64,000 bases of DNA from Lingula anatina (Eukaryota; Animalia; Brachiopoda): contig CM120642.1 of assembly GCA_051362555.1 (NCBI GenBank), forward strand, positions 10,974,001-11,038,000. The letters are read 5' to 3'. Positions 50,624-61,689 of this stretch are shown one piece after another. A model generated the notes under the pieces. That model ran no database searches. It was not told where the DNA came from and saw only the letters and a program-made list of their open reading frames with translations. Numbering within the stretch: the stretch's first letter is position 1; each line of letters starts with the position of its first letter. The position numbers were made by a program, and so were the translations under genes.

Positions 50624-52177
50624 TTAAACTTTGTCAATTAGACAAGAAAGGCAGAAAGCGTGGAGCAATGCTAGCATAAATGTTTTCAAAAAGCCCACGT
50701 GTCGGGAAGCGCTGCCCGGCACTGGCAGTACATCTACCGGCGACAGGGAGCGCCACTCACTCCACTGTAGCCTGGCATTGGCATGGCATACCGTCACGTG
50801 ATCTGGCAGGGTTGGTCCGTAACCCGGCCAAGGTTCGAACCCTTTGCCGATGCGCCACCTTAGTGTATATCGCTCTCGAATGAGACTGAGGCATTTGAAT
50901 CTAGGTCGACAGCCATTGTCAAATGTGGCCAAAACAACCGTACCCTCTAACTGCTGTACCCTTTTGACGTCGATACACTGAAATTGGCCATAGCCCGGAA
51001 TTTTAGCAAAGGATCCGTTGATCCTTAAGATCTCGTTCTGGGCATTTTTCCAGGTACCTTGAAGGTCGCTCTCGAAATCACACGGGACTGTCAAAGCGTT
51101 ATACGTGGCATTGCACAAATTGCACGTTTTGAGACAGCGATGCGCAAAATGGTTATACAAACCTCTGAGACAACTAGGGCTTTCACAGTCAGCCTGGTCA
51201 TTTTCGCAAAGATCATACTGACGTTTACGTGTCACTGAGAGTTCGACATAGAGATTCCTCGAAATGGAATTTGCTAGATTGAGATTAAGGGAGGCGTCAA
51301 TTATGGCTCCCTTAAAAAGAAAAGCTTTGAACGAGTCGTCGTGGACTGTTGAGAATCGAAGGGTGTAAAAGTCACTGTATCGAGAGAGTAGCCGAAATGT
51401 GTAGTGGCTTTCTTTCCAGGTCGCAATGCATTGTAACTGCAGATAACTCTTCAGGGAATCGGCAACAACACCATACGGTTCGCAAAACCCATCCTTAAAA
51501 TCAATCCTTACATTCTCCCCGGGTAAACACTCCAAGTCCAGGGCCAAGTTCTGACATCTTTTGGCGCGGATTTCTGCGGCAGAAGCACCTGTCTCGGTAT
51601 AAAGCGTGTGATTCGAAAGAGAGAAAGGATAACCGCCATCCGCTGGGCACGCTGCTGTAATGCTTTCGTTGTCATATGTGTACCTAACTATCGGCCAAGG
51701 GTCAAGTCCAATAGACCCACATAATGTCGCGCCTGTATCCGGCCTTTCAGTTGTTGCTGCAGACAGTTTCACTTGAAACACAAAGTTTGTTCGATTCACA
51801 AGCTGCATGCAACGGTAGCGGAGAGGTTCCTTTTCGATCTTTTCGGATATTATATAAGATTGTCCGTCCACGTAGGTAGCGTTTGATTCAGACACCACTT
51901 CTACGCAAGTCCGCACATAGGAGTCAAAGTCAGACGAGTTGAAAGGCCAGCGTCGGTTGTTCAGTGTGAAAATAGCTTCCATTTTCGTTGATGTGAATCT
52001 AATTTCTAAGCCAGCCCTTTGAGATATACTACTTCCATCGGGGTTGCTATAGGCAACAGGTATATACCTGTGGTACCAGGTGCGCGGTATCTGGACACTC
52101 TCTGGAAACACACACACCGTAGAAGAGTAGGAAACGACACTCAGTAAGAGGGCTACGAGAATAATGTTCATATCCAT
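50624..52177 (-). CDS. Secreted/GPI-like Cys-rich protein with ShK-like module, paralog 1 (single coding exon, ~517 aa)
   Basis: Splice acceptor at 52192-52194 precedes ATG 52177 (or 52171); signal MDMNIILVALLLSVVSYSST; ShK-like CENDQADCESPSC...HRCLKTCNLC; hydrophobic C-tail FLKTFMLALLHAFCLSCLI. Confidence 0.88.
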   Translation of the reverse strand: MDMNIILVALLLSVVSYSSTVCVFPESVQIPRTWYHRYIPVAYSNPDGSSISQRAGLEIRFTSTKMEAIFTLNNRRWPFNSSDFDSYVRTCVEVVSESNATYVDGQSYIISEKIEKEPLRYRCMQLVNRTNFVFQVKLSAATTERPDTGATLCGSIGLDPWPIVRYTYDNESITAACPADGGYPFSLSNHTLYTETGASAAEIRAKRCQNLALDLECLPGENVRIDFKDGFCEPYGVVADSLKSYLQLQCIATWKESHYTFRLLSRYSDFYTLRFSTVHDDSFKAFLFKGAIIDASLNLNLANSISRNLYVELSVTRKRQYDLCENDQADCESPSCLRGLYNHFAHRCLKTCNLCNATYNALTVPCDFESDLQGTWKNAQNEILRINGSFAKIPGYGQFQCIDVKRVQQLEGTVVLATFDNGCRPRFKCLSLIRERYTLRWRIGKGFEPWPGYGPTLPDHVTVCHANARLQWSEWRSLSPVDVLPVPGSASRHVGFLKTFMLALLHAFCLSCLIDKV

Positions 52178-53192
52178 GGTTACTGGAAATTCTGGAAAGA
52201 AAAATATTAGAATCAATGAGAAACGTGTGAAGAGAAAGAATTTTTTTATTATTTAGAACCAATTTAACAATTTTAGAAGCAATGACAGGCCTATACATCT
52301 ATAAATATGCGATGAAATTGTAATTACTTATTAAAATGAAATTTGTATATATAGATTGTAAAAATAGCAGTGGTAAAATCCACTTACCGTGGATTTTACC
52401 ACTCTTAATATATGTATGGACGACTGACAATAAATGACTTTCAAGCAAGAACTTTTGAAAATGGGGCGCCTCATATAATATTGGAAACAACTGAATATTA
52501 CCGATTAAAGTTCGACAGGGACGCTCAGCATTTTCATTTCCTTTCATGTTGCTACAGAAAAGCTTGCCTCCGATTACGAACGCCATGGATATTTAAAGTA
52601 GCTTCACATAACAAATCGCTCTTACACACACACGTCCGCACGAGAGTGAGCCTACCTTCGCAGTGTTTTCTATAACTTCAAAATAACTTTTGCTACCTGG
52701 AATGTAAGGACTAATTTCATTTCGAGCACCGACATAGCTTTCAGTGTTCAGTGTGATTAAATGTGGTCAGGTGGCATTAAATGCCGGTGCTTCAAACCAT
52801 AAACATGATTAAAACAATGTACACTAAGCTAAATGTACATTTAGACGTTATGCGCTTATATAGGATGGCTAGAAAAATGTTAATGATTTCAAACACTTGA
52901 CAGTTAAATAACTTTAACAGTTTTCAAGATATTGCAATGAAATTTAGGATATCTGAGGGAATATGTTTTAATAAATGCTGAAAATCACATGATTCTACCT
53001 TTCTTTGTTTGGGCACACCGAAAAAATAAAAATCATAAGTCATAAAAGATCCTTAAAGCCGTTTTTCAGTTCTAGGTTTCTAGTTTTTTAGTCTCTTGTG
53101 AAATGATAAAGACTGATTAATTTTTCCGACACTAAAAATAAGTAAACTAAAGCTCATAACGGATTCATAAGTGAAACTTTCTCAACGACTTA

Positions 53193-53407
53193 GACCCCAT
53201 TCCCGGAGATTAGGTCGATCCAAACTAGATCGACCTAACTCCCTGGGGGTTCACGCTAAATAGCTGTCAGCTGAGCGGGCACGAAAGTTAATTACCCCCT
53301 TACAGCTTGTAGTAGGCGGGGTGGACATTTAAGCCGGATTAACTGACAGTTATCTTTTGAGACTCCCCAAGGGGATAGATCGATCTAAAATCTATGGGAA
53401 TACGCCC
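53193..53407 (+). mobile_element. ~215-bp MITE, PIF/Harbinger-like, copy 2
   Basis: Homologous to 20860-21073; TTA on both flanks (TWA target typical of PIF/Harbinger). Confidence 0.75.
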
Positions 53408-55015
53408 TTAGGATAATGTACACTTCGTTGCTGAGGAAAAATTGGTGAAATTTCCAGTAAGATTGATTTCTTGTTTGTTGGCTACATTTCTCAAAACCCC
53501 AAATTGGCCGTTTAACTACAAATGCCGCATTAAATAAGACTCTAGCCGGACAAGGCAGCCAACAAGACAACTTGACATGTAACGACGTCAATCAGTCTAT
53601 TTTCTTTCCAAGTTAGCTCAGTTATGGACAGTTTTTAGCACGTGGGCCTACTTGTGGCTCTGCATGCACCCCTCACTTTTGTTATCCTCTGGAACAACCA
53701 GTACTGTGTCATTAACTTTAATATTATTCTCTCACTATATCAACTGTATGTATACACATCAAGCAAATAAGTAGGCGTTGTCGCTTAATTACACCGTCTA
53801 TACTTTAATGTATTAATCACACAATCCTCTGTAATCTCCCAGGTCGATAATTTCTTATAGGCCTAGCACCTGGACTAAAGTGCATGCATGTCCATATGCA
53901 ATGGTCAGTTCTGGTGTTAACTATACCTGTATGCGTGTGACCCCAACGATTAATAAACACAATCACGTGTCAACTTACTTGTACGCATGGCCAAGCGTTC
54001 GCAGGTGGTAGCTGTCCACGTTTAGCGTCTTCGCATTGGATTTATTAAGTGGCGCTTCAGGTATCCGATGGTTCTTTAATGACGTGAGTGTGTCAGTTTT
54101 TGTGCGAATTTACAACATTGATTCAGCCTTAAGTGGCATTTACCGGCCTACATGCATCCAAGTCGGTGTATAAAACTGACTGTTGGTAGATTTACTATGG
54201 AACTGGTGTAGGGAATGGGCAATGTCAGTCAAGGTCAAGACTGCATATTACCAACGGTTAATGTTCTTTCTCTCGTATACTTGTAAATGTGCATAATTTA
54301 GGTATGACTCATACCGGTGAAGAATTTTTGGTTCATCCTTCTTTATAAAAAGAGTCATGGATGTTATTTATAGCACTTGTGGTAGATTTAGATAAAGGTA
54401 TATGTGGCATGCGGATAAACGGTGGCTCTGCATGGTTGCTTGTACAGTAAGGTTGTACAGCTACTGTAGATATTTTGATTGACTGTGCTGTTTAGAGGCG
54501 ACAATTTGAAACGAAAATGACTTTTTTATTTACCATTCATAAACATCTATACGCGTGATTTCCATGGTCTTAAAAGTATATAACGAACAGTTAAGTAATG
54601 AACAATGCGTTCAATAAAATATAGCTATCATCGGGCTGTACATAGCGTAAATAGGTTTTTAGATATGATACTGAATTTTCAACTGTTGGAAGTTCTGAAG
54701 AAAGACCAGGAAACGGTACATTTGTGAATAAGCATTTAGACGGAATTATATTTGCATTGGAAATGAATACAGCCGAAACAGCAATGTATCTCAGACATTT
54801 TTATCTATCACATGCATTCCATTTGTAGTGTTTACCTGTAGTGTTTACATTAGGGACAGAGTAATCGATACAGCATTGCACAGTAACTGTGGAACAACCA
54901 ATAGGGCTTCCATATATCAAGTGTTTTCATTCTTTTAGAACATATCATCATCTAACCAATGACGTATGAAATGCGTTTCATATGTATTATATATATTATA
55001 CTCCTTTCAGATACA

Positions 55016-56575
55016 ATGGTCTCTCTCAAAAGCATACGGTTACTGTTGGTGATATTTCAACTATCGCAATCAGATGGCGCGTGCAGATTCCCAAATATTT
55101 TATGGGACACCACATGGTTCCACAGGTTCATCCCACCAAGCTTAGACGATGATTACCTCGGCAAGTTTGGAATGAAGATCACATTTTCATCGGACAGAAT
55201 GACTGCAGCGAATACCATGAATCCTGATTTGCGCTCAGGTTGGTGGCCCTTCAACGAGACGGAATTCAATCCTTACGACAGGACGTGCGAGGAGCTGGTC
55301 ATGGGGAGGGAGTCGTCATACGTTGACGGGCAAACATACTTTGTGTCTGAGAGCCTGAATAGATCGAACTCAGGATTTAGATGCCTTTGGATATATAACC
55401 GAACTTCCAATATTTTACAGATCGGAGTTTCAGGGTTAATATCCCAACGCCCCAGCCAGTTGTCAGAGGCGTGCTCGGAGTCCAACTTGCAGGTTGACCC
55501 ATGGGTTTTAATGCGGAAGTTAACGCCCTTCAGTGATCCACTCAAGCAAGGTGACTTTGACTGCCCTGCATCTGGTGGTTATACGTTTGTTCTTGGGAAT
55601 GAGACAGTGTACGATCGCAAGTCAATATTCCGAGATGAGCGTTGCCATAATCTGGCACTCGAACTCCAGTGCCTTCCCGGAGAGTATGTGACCATGGACT
55701 TTAAGGACAATATTTGTCGCCCTTTTGGTTTACGTTTCACATTTGGCAGTGAAAAAAATCTGTTCACTCTCTGTATTGGGGTATGGGAGGAAGGCGGGTA
55801 CGTCTTCAGATTCATGTTGGGGAATGATGCAGAAAGTGATTTTTACACTCTCCGGTTCCCAAAAAATCCAGGTATGGAATTTGATGCTCATCTTATCTAT
55901 GGCGCTCTCGTGGATATGAGCCCCGATGTAGAGGAGGCTGCAAGGATTTCAGAACGCATGGTTATCCGAATGTCCCTCTCCCGCGACATTAAGAAGGACA
56001 ACTGCGCTGACGACCTGGCCGATTGCTCCTCAGCAGTTTGCTCAAGTGGACTTTTCGGGGTCTATGGCAACGAGTGCCTAAAAAGTTGCAAACACTGTAA
56101 CAGCAGCTTCAACAGGATAACTCCTGGAGGCAACTTTGACCAGCTTTTTCAGGGTACCTGGAAAGATGCTCAAGGATTGAAAGTGATTATAAACGAATCT
56201 TCTCTCCTTCTGCCTGAAGTGGGCACATTTAAAAACATAGGGTTTGAAAAAGTCACCGATCTGGACGGTTTGGTTATTATGACAACGTTTGACAATGGTT
56301 GCCGACCAAGGTACAAGTGCATTGACCTAGCTCGGTCTGGTAACATACTAAAATGGCGCATGGGCCAAAGCTTTGAGCCCTATCCGGGTTATGGTCCGTC
56401 CTTCCCAAGCCATTTTTCAGTTTGTTCCCTGCATCGTGGTCGTTGGGGAAAATGGCTGGATCTGACCGCGGTCAGTGTCAGAGTGGTATCTCATGGTTCC
56501 CGTCTCTCGTCATCTCGATTTTTCTACACACTTTACTTAACAGTCGTGCTTTGTTATCTTCATTTTTCAAGATAG
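55016..56575 (+). CDS. Secreted/GPI-like Cys-rich protein with ShK-like module, paralog 2 (single coding exon, ~519 aa)
   Basis: Acceptor CCTTTCAG ending 55010 precedes ATG 55016; signal MVSLKSIRLLLVIFQLSQSDG; collinear with paralog 1 (WxHRxIP, WPFN, YVDGQ, DPW, CPAxGGY, CxNLALxLxCLPGE, DFYTLRF, FDNGCRPRxKC, FEPxPGYGP); hydrophobic tail FFYTLYLTVVLCYLHF. Confidence 0.88.
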   Translation: MVSLKSIRLLLVIFQLSQSDGACRFPNILWDTTWFHRFIPPSLDDDYLGKFGMKITFSSDRMTAANTMNPDLRSGWWPFNETEFNPYDRTCEELVMGRESSYVDGQTYFVSESLNRSNSGFRCLWIYNRTSNILQIGVSGLISQRPSQLSEACSESNLQVDPWVLMRKLTPFSDPLKQGDFDCPASGGYTFVLGNETVYDRKSIFRDERCHNLALELQCLPGEYVTMDFKDNICRPFGLRFTFGSEKNLFTLCIGVWEEGGYVFRFMLGNDAESDFYTLRFPKNPGMEFDAHLIYGALVDMSPDVEEAARISERMVIRMSLSRDIKKDNCADDLADCSSAVCSSGLFGVYGNECLKSCKHCNSSFNRITPGGNFDQLFQGTWKDAQGLKVIINESSLLLPEVGTFKNIGFEKVTDLDGLVIMTTFDNGCRPRYKCIDLARSGNILKWRMGQSFEPYPGYGPSFPSHFSVCSLHRGRWGKWLDLTAVSVRVVSHGSRLSSSRFFYTLYLTVVLCYLHFSR

Positions 56576-57256
56576 AATAATTGCTAATTACTTGGCAATT
56601 CGGATAAAAATCCATTTAGCTGTATAAAGTATTGAAAAGACAAAAACATTTTTATTTGCATTTGTTTGTACATAGCGTTACAATCTCGCCTTCTCTCCGT
56701 CAGGAAAGGGAATACCAATGTCTGTATTTTCATGCTCAGCCTTTGAATCTAAATTTAGTCATGCTAAGCTTTTGTTTAAACATTAAGTAGCCTGCATCCT
56801 GGATTTCTTTCCAAAAATATTAATGTTCATTGCTGTTCTACCTTCCTTCGTATGTGATATGATTAAAATGCAAGTCCATTGCATATAAAATGCATTTAAT
56901 TGTATATTTTATACATGCACATTATACAATATAACGTACATAAATTCTCTATTAAAAGTATGATGGTTTAACTATTTCTGAGCTAACATATAAAACATAA
57001 GTGAAAAGCATAACTGAAAATACAGTATTCTTACAAAATTTCTGCATAAAAAGTGTAAAATGGTTACAACCTCTGTGTACATTGAAATTTGTAGAAGATA
57101 TCTCTTTGGAAGCACACAGTTTCAATCATAAAGAATTTTTATTGTTAAAATCACACAATTGCACATAACACCTTTAATACTTTTGATTCCATTGGCTCTC
57201 AATCTGAAGTAAAGTTTAAAAAAGAGAAAATATGATGAGATAAAAAAACAGTAATA

Positions 57257-57569
57257 GGGACCTATCAGATCGAGAAGAGCCGAGTGCTAGCAACGCTGCA
57301 ACCTAAATATGGCTGACCTACGTGAATGAAAGACTGCTTAATCCTGTAATGGCCTCTTTACCTCTCACATGCCTCCCCACGCGTCAAATCTTGACCGCTT
57401 GAATTGAGCCGAGATTTAATTACTGTGCCCCTGCAGGGATGACATGCGGGGAAGCGTGTGAGAGGCGGAGAACCCATTACAGGATTAAGCAGTCTTCCTT
57501 TCATGTAGGTCCGCCATATTTAGGTTGCTGCCTTGCTAGCACTTGGCTCTACTCCATCTGAATGGTCCC
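57257..57569. mobile_element. Fold-back element/MITE with ~130-bp imperfect inverted arms
   Basis: GGGACC...GTGCTAGCAA...GCAACCTAAATATGGC...AAGACTGCTTAATCCTGTAATGG is mirrored by CCATTACAGGATTAAGCAGTCTT...GCCATATTTAGGTTGC...TTGCTAGCAC...GGTCCC. Confidence 0.85.
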
Positions 57570-57669
57570 GCTTATGTAACTTCCTAAGCAGCTGCCTCCT
57601 AACAAGTCACAATTTCAATATATTGTATCAAATAAAACCCACGCTTTCATATTTTTCTAATCAGTTTCT

Positions 57670-57670
<1 letters not shown>

Positions 57671-57717
<47 letters not shown>
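57671..57717. repeat. Poly(A) run of ~47 nt
   Basis: Read directly. Confidence 0.9.
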
Positions 57718-57719
<2 letters not shown>

Positions 57720-59319
57720 AGCTAACAACTTCACATATATCCATGACAAACACTGGGGAACTATGGTGTTGTGAACCCAATCCTATGGTTTAAATATTGG
57801 TACCAAACGGTGACTAACAACTATGTTAACACTATTTGTAGTTAGATACTTAAACACCATTATAAATTTGTAAAGCACCAAAGTTAAAATGGAGATAACA
57901 TGTATATTGTGGCAAATGAATACACTTTTTAAAGGTAAACAGATACAGAGCATAGTTAATCAAGTACTTACTGTACACATTCAACACTTAAATCACATTT
58001 GTAAATAATGCTAAATAACAATTAAATAATGATAATAATAACAAACTGCTGTTGTTGGTTACTAGTGAATTCAAGATGGTCGTCTTTGTTGTTGTTGTTG
58101 GTTAATAGTGAATTCAAAGATGGTAGTTAATTTCTTTGCTTTGCTCCATGTATAGACAAACAGACAAATGTCACTTACAATTCTCTGAAAAAACCATTCT
58201 GAAAACCAGTCCACACTTTTTTATCCACACCAAGAAAGTAAATTCACAATCAAATCTATTCAATATCTAAATTGGAAATCAAGATACATGAAGATAACTG
58301 TAAAAAATATCAAAATTGAGTATAATTTTAATAAATTTCACTTGTAATGTACCAAAGTTTATCATAAAGTTCTACCACCAGGTGTAAATAAATTATTCCC
58401 TCTAAAGCTTTTACCTATTAAACAGCAATGATAAAATTGGTATGATGGCACTGCAAAGCCAGATAACATATATAAATTAAATGTATAATATTCGGAGAAT
58501 AATTACACCTGGCTTTTGAAATCGGTTATAATTTGTATGTTATTCATTATAATGTTTTCCAATTTTTATGGTTAAATTCAAGACAAACAGAGAAAACAAA
58601 ACATTGAGAAGGGAAATAAACCAAGCTTACAAAAAGTTTTTCTTAAATTGCACATACATTAGTAACAACTGGCCTTACTATAAACATGTCCATTTCAAGC
58701 CACTAGTAGTTCAAACCTCACATTTAAGTTGGGATATGATCAGGGCAATGCATTCGCACCCCAACTGTTAGTCTCATCTCATGATGGCTTATGTCAACTG
58801 ACCAAAGGAGGGGCGTGTCCTTGTCCATACAAAGCAACTCGAGGTACAGCCTTACATGTAGAATAGAGGACTGATGAACTGAAGTTGCTTTATGCAGCTG
58901 GGGAAAGAGCACATGGGAACATTATTGCTGGGCCAACCAAAATAGGGGAGGGGGGGGGCATAAAATGAAATATAGCAAATGTTATAAAAGGCAAGGAGAA
59001 ATTAATTCAAAATGGGTTTATCAATATGTAAAATTGTAGTATACATCTGCTCTGGCTACATCTTTGCTCCACATTATTTGACATATTGTGCAGTATTACA
59101 TATAACCTTCCATTAATGATAAAATATGATCATTTTTCAAGTACCACGATGTTTACATGTTATCCATATCAATATAAACACATGCTTAATACCATTAAAA
59201 GTGGATTGATTATTTCTATTAAAATACGTATAAAGTAAAGCAATAATTTGATATGAGTCTTTAAATTAAGACAAAGCAAATTATGTGATAGTACTCACTT
59301 AAAGGAATAACATTTAATT

Positions 59320-61689
59320 TCATTGTTTTGATAAATATCCCCCAGAGAAATCTCCTTCAACTTCCCATGTCTCTTCTAACCACATTGTTTCTCCTTGCTC
59401 ACTCTCTTTGTCCTCCACTCTAGTTCCTCCCCTCTCTTCTACATTGCTCTCTTTGTCCTCCACTTCTCTCCCTCTTTCTTCCTCCTCCTCCTCCACTAAA
59501 TCCTCAGCCTCAGCCTCTGAAATCACATGTTCCAACTGCCCCATGGCTTCAGTCTCAGCCTGAATCACCTCAGGATCTTTAGATTCTTCCTGGCATATCA
59601 CCAGGTCAAGTTCATTCAGGGCACTGGCCCTCTCTGACATGTAGGAGTCTGTGCTGATCTGTCTGTTGTATGGAGCCACACCTGTATCAGAAGAGGTGAG
59701 ATAACCAGACTCGTCATGAGGATTTGAGTCGTTGTCTTCTGAGTATTTTCTTGCAGGGACTGGGCAGTCTAATTCAAGAGAAGTGTGAGCTTTGCCATCA
59801 TCAACATCAACATCAAGTCTATGGGCTGGTCCCAGAGACTCCACTTCACTATGAGATATGTTCCTGGATAGTTTTTCATCTTTACTCCCTTCATATTCTT
59901 CCTCTTCAGGGATGACAGTGTACATCACATTTTTCTCCACAACTGTGATGTCTGTTGTGTCACCTACTCCCTTGACTGACTCTGACCCCACAGTGTCTTT
60001 TACGCCACCTTCATCTTCAAGAAGTGAGTCTACATCAGGAATTGCATCGTCTGGCAGCATGGACTCGTACATCACATCGTCATCTTCCTCCGAGAGCTGC
60101 TGTAGAACACGCTTTCGCACATGGGGGTCATGTGGCTCCCCCTCTTCTTCGGCTGATAGTTCCTCATGGGGTTGCGATCCCTCATATGGTGGCAAATCCA
60201 CATCATCAATTCCAGGCAGCATAGACTGGGAAAATGAATGTTCATATTCATATTCTGATTCTAGTCTGTCCCTTGTCAGGCCTATACAATAGATGGTCAC
60301 CACAGACATGCTGAACATGAACAGCCCCTCTCTGTAAATGTTGTACTTCTCCAGAACAAAGGAGACCACTTTCCACAGTGTTGTGATGATGAAGAAAACA
60401 AGGCGGAGAAGCCTGAACAAGTATGCCACTAGGCTGACTAGCCATCGCAGTTTATACCCCACAAGTGTACAAAGTATGTCGAATAGAAAACAGACAATTT
60501 CCCAGGCAAAATCTAGAACTTCCAGGAGAGCCCACAACACGTGTCTCCCTGCTGTGGCAACTTGACCAGCCAGGTACCAGAGGAAACGTTCAACTAAGTG
60601 TACACACCTGTCAAACAGTGCAGAGATCTGTTCAGTCTTGTGTGCCACCCTGGAGTAATTGCCTCTGTAGTAGTCCCACACCAGCAGCATTGTGGTAGTG
60701 AAGACACACATGAAAGCAATGAAGACTGTCGTGTAAATGAGTTTGAAGTGGAGCGGTAGTGCTCTGAACTGCTCCTTTTTCTTGCTGAGATTCTCTCTGA
60801 AGTTGAAAACCCAGTCCTTTGCATCTTCTACTTTTTGACTGGTGTAGTTCCATACTCTTACAAAACCATTTCTAAGGTTCTGAACTTTTTCAATAGTATA
60901 CTCCTTTGGTCGAGTATACAGGTTATGTTTTGTTCGTCTGGCAGATTCTTTAACATTTGTCCAAAAGTTTTTAACCCCTTCTTTGGTTTTTAACCAGCCA
61001 CTGGCAAGGGTTTCTTTTGGCTTTACATATACAGACTGCTTCAATCCAAAAGCAATGTTGTAAATGAACAGTTTTGTATCCCTTAAGGTCTGTTTTAATC
61101 TAGTGTATCCACCCAAAATAACCTGTTTTGGCCAAGTGTATACAACAAACTTTACTGTTTCTCCTGCATGAAAGACGACACTTACTGTAGAATTGTAACC
61201 ACCAATAACAATTTCTTTGGGTTTTGTATAACAGGCATATTTAATGCCCTCTCCTGTCCTTATGCAGGCTTCCTTGGTTTGTGTAGTCACATATATTATG
61301 CACTCCTTGGGTTTTGTATAGAGTCCATATTTTAATCCTTGTCCTACAGCTATAGTAGTCTCCTTGATCCATATGCAAGTGATAGCAAGGACCTCCCTTG
61401 GTTTGGTATAAAAAGTATACTTAATACCCCGGACAGTCACTATGGCACATGCTATCGGTACATCATACACCACATATTTAATCCCCTGGCCAAAAGACAA
61501 AATCCCATTCCATATTGCTATCAACCCTGCTACTATGCCTTCATACACTGATATTAGGAAAAGTTTGGGTCTGATGTAGATTATCCATATGAAGCCTTCC
61601 CACAAGTTCACAAAGAACTGTTGTATGGTACTGACAGTATTACTGACTGTGTTGGTTAGACTGGCCTTAGCTGCCCTTATGGCTTGCAT
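59320..61689 (-). CDS. 789-aa uncharacterised membrane protein: N-terminal amphipathic repeats, TM region, acidic disordered tail (single coding exon)
   Basis: Long uninterrupted ORF, AAAATG start context, acceptor at 61732-61734 upstream; repeat G(I/L)KYxxYTKPKE; hydrophobic segments LIYTTVFIAFMCVFTTTMLLVW and GLFMFSMSVVTIYCIGL; D/E-rich C-terminal ~310 aa. Confidence 0.9.
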   Translation of the reverse strand: MQAIRAAKASLTNTVSNTVSTIQQFFVNLWEGFIWIIYIRPKLFLISVYEGIVAGLIAIWNGILSFGQGIKYVVYDVPIACAIVTVRGIKYTFYTKPREVLAITCIWIKETTIAVGQGLKYGLYTKPKECIIYVTTQTKEACIRTGEGIKYACYTKPKEIVIGGYNSTVSVVFHAGETVKFVVYTWPKQVILGGYTRLKQTLRDTKLFIYNIAFGLKQSVYVKPKETLASGWLKTKEGVKNFWTNVKESARRTKHNLYTRPKEYTIEKVQNLRNGFVRVWNYTSQKVEDAKDWVFNFRENLSKKKEQFRALPLHFKLIYTTVFIAFMCVFTTTMLLVWDYYRGNYSRVAHKTEQISALFDRCVHLVERFLWYLAGQVATAGRHVLWALLEVLDFAWEIVCFLFDILCTLVGYKLRWLVSLVAYLFRLLRLVFFIITTLWKVVSFVLEKYNIYREGLFMFSMSVVTIYCIGLTRDRLESEYEYEHSFSQSMLPGIDDVDLPPYEGSQPHEELSAEEEGEPHDPHVRKRVLQQLSEEDDDVMYESMLPDDAIPDVDSLLEDEGGVKDTVGSESVKGVGDTTDITVVEKNVMYTVIPEEEEYEGSKDEKLSRNISHSEVESLGPAHRLDVDVDDGKAHTSLELDCPVPARKYSEDNDSNPHDESGYLTSSDTGVAPYNRQISTDSYMSERASALNELDLVICQEESKDPEVIQAETEAMGQLEHVISEAEAEDLVEEEEEERGREVEDKESNVEERGGTRVEDKESEQGETMWLEETWEVEGDFSGGYLSKQ

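Noticed and set aside
57671-57717. Poly(A) as tail of a retrocopy or SINE
   Set aside because: No recognisable element body or TSD adjacent.
60830-61689. Phage tape-measure protein / horizontal transfer origin for the repeat protein
   Set aside because: The resemblance is only in helical periodicity and composition; there are no phage genes nearby and the gene has a spliceosomal acceptor upstream.
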